Positions 58,161 through 64,000 of a DNA stretch of 64,000 nucleotides are shown piece by piece. Origin of the DNA: a virus. Position 1 is the stretch's first letter. Every line of letters begins with the position of its first letter. The position numbers were made by a program, and so were the translations under genes. The stretch is taken from the IMG/VR virus record IMGVR_UViG_3300045999_007505; one strand, written 5' to 3'. The notes beneath the pieces were generated by a model. That model was not told the DNA's origin. It ran no database searches and worked only from the letters and a program-made list of their open reading frames with translations.

Positions 58161-58826
58161 TTATTCTCCTAATGCTCTCACGCGCTCTGATATTTTAATT
58201 AATCTTTCTGAAATTTTTAATAATGCTGATTCTACTGCAGAACCGTATCCGTTACGAGCAACTCCGGATTCTGTTTTTAAACGAGAGGCATAATTTACAG
58301 TGCGCTCAATTTCTTGTAATTGTCGTGCTACTTCTTTTATTGTATGTTTTATTTTTTGTTCAGGTGTTGACTTTGCATCTCCTGTTGAATATGCTCGATA
58401 TGATTCAATAAGTTGTTCATACTTAGTATCCATCATTTCGAAAACAGATGTTTTATTATTAGATGTGCGACTTGGTTTATTTGGCATATGTTTTGATGGG
58501 TATTCATATGATTTATTATGCCAATCTTTATCATCATCACTAAATGGAAATTTATCATTCATTACTTCTTCTTCTGATTCTGGATGTTGATATGTATCAT
58601 CTTTCCAACGAAACGAAGGCGGAGTATTTACAGATTCGTATGTTTTATCTTTATTTTTCCAATTTCCTGGTTTAGCAAATGCAGCGGGTATATTATATCC
58701 AGCTACACCGCCGGTTGCAGATATTTCATCTAATTCTTCTTCATTAGTGACATCTTGCGCATCCAAATCAATTGAATCATCTAATTCAATAAATTTTGAT
58801 TCAATTTCTTTTAAAAATGATTTCAT
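58161..58826 (-). CDS. Hypothetical prohead core-type protein
   Basis: LDEISATGGVAGYNIPAAF; C-terminal coiled coil. Confidence 0.6.
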   Translation of the reverse strand: MKSFLKEIESKFIELDDSIDLDAQDVTNEEELDEISATGGVAGYNIPAAFAKPGNWKNKDKTYESVNTPPSFRWKDDTYQHPESEEEVMNDKFPFSDDDKDWHNKSYEYPSKHMPNKPSRTSNNKTSVFEMMDTKYEQLIESYRAYSTGDAKSTPEQKIKHTIKEVARQLQEIERTVNYASRLKTESGVARNGYGSAVESALLKISERLIKISERVRALGE

Positions 58827-59677
58827 TAATGAACTCCTTTTAATTCTTTAATCAAATCAAAATATCGCAATAAAGAAAGTACGTGTGATTCTTTAATTGA
58901 TTTCATATTTTCTACAGTGCATAACATTTCAGAAAGTTTTTTAACTTTAATTTTTGTAGCTTTGTCTGTAATCAATTTTGATTGTTCAGCCAATTGTTTT
59001 TTAATTGCCGGAATAATTTTTTCTATATATTCTCGCAACGCAACCGTATCATTTACATTGGTAATATACTTATTTAAAAGTTGTTTTTGCGATTCATCTA
59101 GTATAGAATATTTTTCATTAAACTTATCAACAAGCAATTTATATGTTATTAATCGTACATCTTTTGGTTGTGATTCAAACTGTTCAATAATTGGATCTTT
59201 ATATTCTTTTTTTCGTTCTGCAATTAAAGTATTACGTATAATAGCAGTTTTGCATTCCATAATTTGTTTTGGGTTATCAGTTTCATCATATTCAAACAAC
59301 ATGGAAACTGATGCTAATGTTTTATAATTAGAAATATGAATTTTTGCCATATTTTCAAAAACAAATTTTTCTGAAATTTCTTTTACTAAATTATATTTTT
59401 GTCGTTTTAATATGCTCTGGTTTAGTTTACTATGAGTATTTTTTATACTACGTATATAATCTAATGCTTGTGCTTCACTTTTAAACTGATGTTCTTTTAA
59501 TAATGCATTATACAATTGTAATTCTTTTGATAATTCTGTATTTTTACCAAAGTATTTTTTGATAATATCAACAGTTATTGTTTTATCAGAAGACAATGTT
59601 TCAGAAGTCAATTTTCGAACCAAAATCTCAAAAAGAAGACCGGTATTTTTATATTTCGAATGTTTGAGCTTTTTCAT
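58826..59677 (-). CDS. Hypothetical head-cluster protein
   Basis: KHSKYKNTGLLFEILV...FNEKYS.L; between portal and protease. Confidence 0.7.
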   Translation of the reverse strand: MKKLKHSKYKNTGLLFEILVRKLTSETLSSDKTITVDIIKKYFGKNTELSKELQLYNALLKEHQFKSEAQALDYIRSIKNTHSKLNQSILKRQKYNLVKEISEKFVFENMAKIHISNYKTLASVSMLFEYDETDNPKQIMECKTAIIRNTLIAERKKEYKDPIIEQFESQPKDVRLITYKLLVDKFNEKYSILDESQKQLLNKYITNVNDTVALREYIEKIIPAIKKQLAEQSKLITDKATKIKVKKLSEMLCTVENMKSIKESHVLSLLRYFDLIKELKGVH

Positions 59678-59703
59678 TAGTCCTTTTCAGTATTCGTTTT
59701 TTT

Positions 59704-59712
59704 AATAAATAT
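59704..59712 (-). promoter_or_regulatory. Late-type motif ATATTTATT
   Basis: Upstream of the start at 59677, with AAGGA SD. Confidence 0.65.
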
Positions 59713-59720
59713 GTTTAGTT

Positions 59721-61562
59721 TTATAAAATATTAGTTTCATCCAACATAGTACCAGAATCTAAATTCTCATCAATTGATTTAGATTTCAATGATTCCGTTA
59801 ATATTTTGGATGATTTTGTTTTTAAATATTTTAAAATATCGTGATTTTCTGCTGCAATGTTGTTAGCAGTTTTTGTTTTTACAAATGCTGGATCTGGTTG
59901 AAATGCTGTTTTTTGATTTTCTGGACGAAATGCTTGATCTAATTCCTTTTTACCCGTAGGATCCCATCCAAAGGCATTTTTATGTTGTCCAAACTTGATT
60001 CCTTCTTTTGGTCGACCACCTTTATCTTTTTCTTCTACTTCATTGGATGACATATGAATTGATGCTAAATCGTGTGGCGTTCCAAACGATGCGCCCGTCA
60101 CTGCTGGATCATTTCCTTCTTGTTCAATTTGATTTTGACGGAATCGCAATTTAAGATCTTCAATAACATTGGTTCTTTCTTGCAACCATTGATCTTCTGA
60201 CATATTAAATATAAACTCATATATGTATTTATCTGAAACTAATTTAGAATCTTTCATTGCGGTTGCAAGTGTCATCTTTTCAGTCATTAACGCAACTTTT
60301 TGTTGATCATAAATAATTGATGGTGCTGTTAATTCTAATTCAAATCCAACTAAATCTTCACCTTCAAAACCTTGCGTATACAAATGTACAATTGCAATTT
60401 TATATAATTCTGATGTTACTATTTTTTGAATACGTTCAATCGTTCTAGCAAACCGAATATCCATCGATGCTAATGTAGTTTTACCTTCTACTGCTTCTGC
60501 ATATCCTAAAAATGGTTTAGGAATTTTAAGTGCAGCCATCATCTTATCTTTAATATAAGTAATATCATCCATTCCGGTAAAAGTCATACCAGGTAATGTA
60601 TCAATTGCAGTAGTTGAATTGCCTCCGCGAACTGGTAAATAATAATCTTCTAACATGTTATTAAGATTAAATTTTAAATTGTAATTTCCAGTTTGCGGAT
60701 CTACGTGTGGAATTTTTTTCATCTTATTGATAATTTGTTCCATAAATGCATCTACTTCATTTGGCGGAATATTACCAATATCAATTTTAAAAATACGTTT
60801 TTCTGGAGCTCTCATGATGCGATGAATTAACATTGCATCTTCCATCATCATAAGTTTTTGAAATTCTTTTCGTGCACCTTCTAACATGGATCTACCATAT
60901 GGTAAAAAATTAGAATCTGACAACATACGAAAATGTGCTATTTCATATACGTCATATGTTGCTTGTTGATTCGCAACATGTTTAAATGAAATTTTATATT
61001 GACCCGTTGCTTCATCATATTCTTCCCAACGTTCGATTTCGTAGCTAGAAAATGGTCTTGCATTGATAATTCCAATTTCATCAGCAATATCCAATTTTAA
61101 AAAGAAATCTCCATATTTTGTCATGTTACGAATCCAAGTCCATAGATTGAATTCAATATTCAAAATATCATAAAATAAATTATAAAGAATTTTTTGTATT
61201 TTGGTATTGTTTGTTTTAATAGTTAAAATATCTCCAAATTGATCTGCTAATGTAGATTCATCTGAATATATATCTAATGCCGAACTAATTATTGGATCGC
61301 GATCCATCATTTCATAATCAGCATAAAGCTGCATACGATTTTGATGCATATAATAGTTGGAATCATATCCGCCCATACCTCCTACACGATGTTTGTTTGC
61401 ACCGTGCAATCTAGTATATCTATCAGCTACCTTAGTTTGATTTAAATTACCAACAGATTGCAATCTATTAGTATCTACTATCTTAAGTTTATCTTTACCA
61501 TATGCACGAACAATCACGTTCGTAGCAAAAAGATTTTGTAATCGTTTTCTTAATGTTGGCAT
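59721..61562 (-). CDS. Portal protein (gp20-like)
   Basis: MEDAMLIHRIMRAPEKRIFKIDIGN, EDYYLPVRGG, IDTLPG, ALKIPK. Confidence 0.95.
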   Translation of the reverse strand: MPTLRKRLQNLFATNVIVRAYGKDKLKIVDTNRLQSVGNLNQTKVADRYTRLHGANKHRVGGMGGYDSNYYMHQNRMQLYADYEMMDRDPIISSALDIYSDESTLADQFGDILTIKTNNTKIQKILYNLFYDILNIEFNLWTWIRNMTKYGDFFLKLDIADEIGIINARPFSSYEIERWEEYDEATGQYKISFKHVANQQATYDVYEIAHFRMLSDSNFLPYGRSMLEGARKEFQKLMMMEDAMLIHRIMRAPEKRIFKIDIGNIPPNEVDAFMEQIINKMKKIPHVDPQTGNYNLKFNLNNMLEDYYLPVRGGNSTTAIDTLPGMTFTGMDDITYIKDKMMAALKIPKPFLGYAEAVEGKTTLASMDIRFARTIERIQKIVTSELYKIAIVHLYTQGFEGEDLVGFELELTAPSIIYDQQKVALMTEKMTLATAMKDSKLVSDKYIYEFIFNMSEDQWLQERTNVIEDLKLRFRQNQIEQEGNDPAVTGASFGTPHDLASIHMSSNEVEEKDKGGRPKEGIKFGQHKNAFGWDPTGKKELDQAFRPENQKTAFQPDPAFVKTKTANNIAAENHDILKYLKTKSSKILTESLKSKSIDENLDSGTMLDETNIL

Positions 61563-61579
61563 ATTTTTAACTATTTTAA

Positions 61580-61588
61580 TATAAATAT
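61580..61588 (-). promoter_or_regulatory. Late-type motif ATATTTATA
   Basis: Upstream of the portal gene. Confidence 0.7.
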
Positions 61589-61610
61589 AACTAGTTGTAG
61601 AACTGCGATG

Positions 61611-63188
61611 TTAACGTATCAACCACGTTAAATCTTCATCATTGTGACCATTATTCCAAGTCCACCCATCAGCTGAATTTGAAGGTCGACCTGTATATAT
61701 TTTCGTTTCTGATTTTTGGAATTGTGAAAGTGCACGTTTATGCAATTCAATTCCTTGTTGTCGCAATTTAAGCGATGTATCTCGTAACCATAATCCAATA
61801 CAAAATGCCATAACGAGGTCATCATTATACCCACCTTGTGATTGTGCTTTACCATTTAACCAAACAAATACAAATAATTCTTGTATTAATCGTTTAGAAC
61901 GAATTACTGGAGTTCGTTCTCGCATATACATTTCAAGTGCTGATATCATTAATGGACGTGTACGTGAGGTTGTAGATACGCCAGGGACCATTTGAGTCTT
62001 ATCCTTCATATCATAACCTTTTTTAAGTTGTACATCTATATCAACATATCCATCATCTTTATATGTATAAAATAAATTTTCATATCCTCGGTCTAACGCC
62101 GGTTGTATTGCCGCCCAACCAATATTGGCATTTTCAATTGCTAGTAATGCATTATTCCATTCTGTTGCAACTGACACGAGCATATTACCAAAATCCTTAG
62201 GTGGCATTTTTCCTTTATATTCAGCAACTTGTGATATGTTTTCTACATCAATAACATGAAAAGTAGACCAGTCGGCACCATCGCCGCGCGCGACGTCAGC
62301 TACTACTATATAATTTTTTTCATAGTTCGGATATTCCCAAATCCAATAGCCGTTATCAAAGCCTCTACGTTCAATTGGTTCACTGCATTTATTTTCATAA
62401 TCTAGCAGTATAGCCCCATCTATTACAGTATGACCGGATGAAATAAAGTCGCAATCACATTCTTGTGCCGCACCTCGTTCTCCTAACAATTGAGTTTGTT
62501 CATCTCGCCATTGTTGATCGCGGTCTGGATGTACGGTCCAATGTAGTTTAATTGTATGAAATCCATTAATTTCTTGCTCAGCTTCTGACCATACCGAATG
62601 AAACCAATTACCCACACCATTCGGCGTAGACAATACAATCGCCCCACCACCTGTTGATAATGTTGCTTGCGATGCAATCCAAATTTCTTCAATGTTTCTA
62701 ATGAATGCAGCCTCATCTATAATTAACAACGATAATGCTTCCGAACGTGCTCCTGTGGTTGCGGATGAAACTGCTTTAATTTGCGAGCCATTTCTAAATT
62801 TTAAAGAAAGCTTATTATCTGCTTCAATATTTCCTTTTAACCAACTAGGTAAATTGTCGTGCATTACCCGTACTTTTGTTACTAAGTTTTTTGCTACTTC
62901 TTGAGTTGTTGCAATAACAAGTACGTTGAAATCTTCTTTGAATAACATGCTCCAAAGAGCAAAGCCAGCTGACAATGTTGATATACCTAACTGACGAGAC
63001 TTTAATATTACATTGTAACGATTATCTCGTAATTCAGTTAATGTATCTTCCTGAAAAGAATACAAATTAAATTTAATCTTACCACGTTTAGGATGTTGTA
63101 TATAACAATATTGCCGCATAAAAAAAACAGGATCTTTAGCACACATCGTGTACTGTTGTTGTATAATCTGTTTTATATTTTGTGACAT
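61611..63188 (-). CDS. Terminase large subunit (gp17-like)
   Basis: KSRQLGIST, IIDEAAF, STPNG, ADVARG, NDDLVMA. Confidence 0.96.
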   Translation of the reverse strand: MSQNIKQIIQQQYTMCAKDPVFFMRQYCYIQHPKRGKIKFNLYSFQEDTLTELRDNRYNVILKSRQLGISTLSAGFALWSMLFKEDFNVLVIATTQEVAKNLVTKVRVMHDNLPSWLKGNIEADNKLSLKFRNGSQIKAVSSATTGARSEALSLLIIDEAAFIRNIEEIWIASQATLSTGGGAIVLSTPNGVGNWFHSVWSEAEQEINGFHTIKLHWTVHPDRDQQWRDEQTQLLGERGAAQECDCDFISSGHTVIDGAILLDYENKCSEPIERRGFDNGYWIWEYPNYEKNYIVVADVARGDGADWSTFHVIDVENISQVAEYKGKMPPKDFGNMLVSVATEWNNALLAIENANIGWAAIQPALDRGYENLFYTYKDDGYVDIDVQLKKGYDMKDKTQMVPGVSTTSRTRPLMISALEMYMRERTPVIRSKRLIQELFVFVWLNGKAQSQGGYNDDLVMAFCIGLWLRDTSLKLRQQGIELHKRALSQFQKSETKIYTGRPSNSADGWTWNNGHNDEDLTWLIR

Positions 63189-63189
63189 A

Positions 63190-63570
63190 TTATTTTAAGA
63201 TTTCATTGATTAATATTCCAGAGCCTAATGTTGTAAGTATTCCTGCAGTAAACCATAATCCTTTTGATTCATACCATTTTGGTTTAAGGTAACGTTCTCT
63301 ACGAATATATATTTCTACGTTTTCTTGCAATAGAGCAATTTGTTGATCTTTGTAACGTAGTTGCAATGAATCTAATTTAATTAATTCGTCATGCTGTTTT
63401 GATAATGTAACATACTTATCAATTATTGCATTGTTAATTGAATCTAATGCATATAATGAATCTAATGTATATGAAATATCAACAATTTCTTGTTGCGTAA
63501 AACACGTATCAGGTTTTGTTTGCGTTAATGCAAATACCGGAAATAATAATATAACTAATAAACGTTTCAT
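63190..63570 (-). CDS. Exported coiled-coil protein with C-terminal TM (spanin-like, tentative)
   Basis: Signal peptide MKRLLVILLFPVFA, coiled coil, C-terminal hydrophobic helix. Confidence 0.5.
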   Translation of the reverse strand: MKRLLVILLFPVFALTQTKPDTCFTQQEIVDISYTLDSLYALDSINNAIIDKYVTLSKQHDELIKLDSLQLRYKDQQIALLQENVEIYIRRERYLKPKWYESKGLWFTAGILTTLGSGILINEILK

Positions 63571-63571
63571 A

Positions 63572-63919
63572 TTATTTTCTCGATTTACGTCCTCGACGTG
63601 TTTTATTTAAAATATTTTGTTTTGCTTCTTCTACAGGTTTTTCTTCTACTTGTAGTTCTTCTTTAGCTGTTTGCAATTCTTCAATTTCTGTTTTAGTTTC
63701 TTGAATTTCTTCTTTTATTTCAACACGCTGTTCTTCGATAGCTTCTGTTTTGCCTTGAAGCTGATCAATTTTTTGATTATTGTCATCAAGTTTTTTATCA
63801 GTTTTTTCAATTTTCTTTTTATTAAGTTTATCACTTACAAAAATAGCAGCAATGATTGCTAAAATTACTCCGGCAATAACTGCCCAATATTTTTTAATTG
63901 TTTTCATTTGATTCTCCAT
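63572..63919 (-). CDS. N-anchored coiled-coil membrane protein (i-spanin-like, tentative)
   Basis: TM YWAVIAGVILAIIAAIFV followed by a long charged coiled coil. Confidence 0.5.
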   Translation of the reverse strand: MENQMKTIKKYWAVIAGVILAIIAAIFVSDKLNKKKIEKTDKKLDDNNQKIDQLQGKTEAIEEQRVEIKEEIQETKTEIEELQTAKEELQVEEKPVEEAKQNILNKTRRGRKSRK

Positions 63920-64000
63920 TTAATCGTTTTATAAAATTTTCTTTGAATTTATCCCATTCTTTTTGTATTGTATTTTCAAATTCCTCAGGTGTCATTTTTG
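63894..64000 (-). CDS. C-terminal fragment of a hypothetical protein, begins outside the window
   Basis: ...KMTPEEFENTIQKEWDKFKENFIKRLNGESNENN*. Confidence 0.5.
   Translation of the reverse strand, partial: KMTPEEFENTIQKEWDKFKENFIKRLNGESNENN

Noticed and set aside
12847-63188. Introns, inteins or homing endonucleases in polB, nrdJ, recA, helicase or terminase
   Set aside because: The ORFs are continuous and of normal size, with no intein or HNH/GIY-YIG/LAGLIDADG motifs noticed
496-63862. Plus-strand ORFs and short nested minus-strand ORFs in the track
   Set aside because: They are shadows of long minus-strand genes with recognisable motifs and show no protein features or expression signals of their own
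1-64000. Stop-codon reassignment
   Set aside because: Core genes are full length in code 11, and TAA, TGA and TAG all terminate genes
1-64000. tRNA or rRNA genes
   Set aside because: Intergenic gaps are short and no cloverleaf was seen by eye; tRNAscan would be needed for certainty

Overview
A 64-kb, AT-rich segment of a large T4-like myophage (Far-T4/bS21-encoding freshwater type, probably with a Bacteroidota-related host). Every credible gene is on the minus strand. In transcription order (high to low coordinates): putative lysis membrane proteins, terminase, portal, prohead protease, ribosomal protein bS21, scaffold, major capsid, PhoH, neck, fibres and a delta-60 propeller adhesin, sheath, tube, tail chaperone with a probable programmed frameshift, tape measure, baseplate, a degenerate family A polymerase, SSB/RecA/RNase H/helicase, class II RNR, a split 7-deazaguanine DNA-modification pathway (folE-queD-queE, then unknown-cytidylyltransferase-DpdL-like-glycosyltransferase-DpdA-like), PolB, clamp and clamp loader, a Cas4-like nuclease and a late-type glycosyltransferase cluster. 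Two promoter classes are visible by eye: TT(G/T)GAW-N17-TATAAT-like, and ATATTTATW. Main candidates for new biology: (1) a possible sugar/alditol-hypermodified 7-deazaguanine operon; (2) a possible virion glycosylation system pairing late glycosyltransferases with (S/T)GS motifs enriched in virion proteins; (3) a +1/-2 tail-chaperone frameshift; (4) structured 5' leaders and a conserved terminator tail; (5) late-promoter cassettes encoding probable capsid-packaged proteins. All assignments come from motif recognition by eye; no searches were run.
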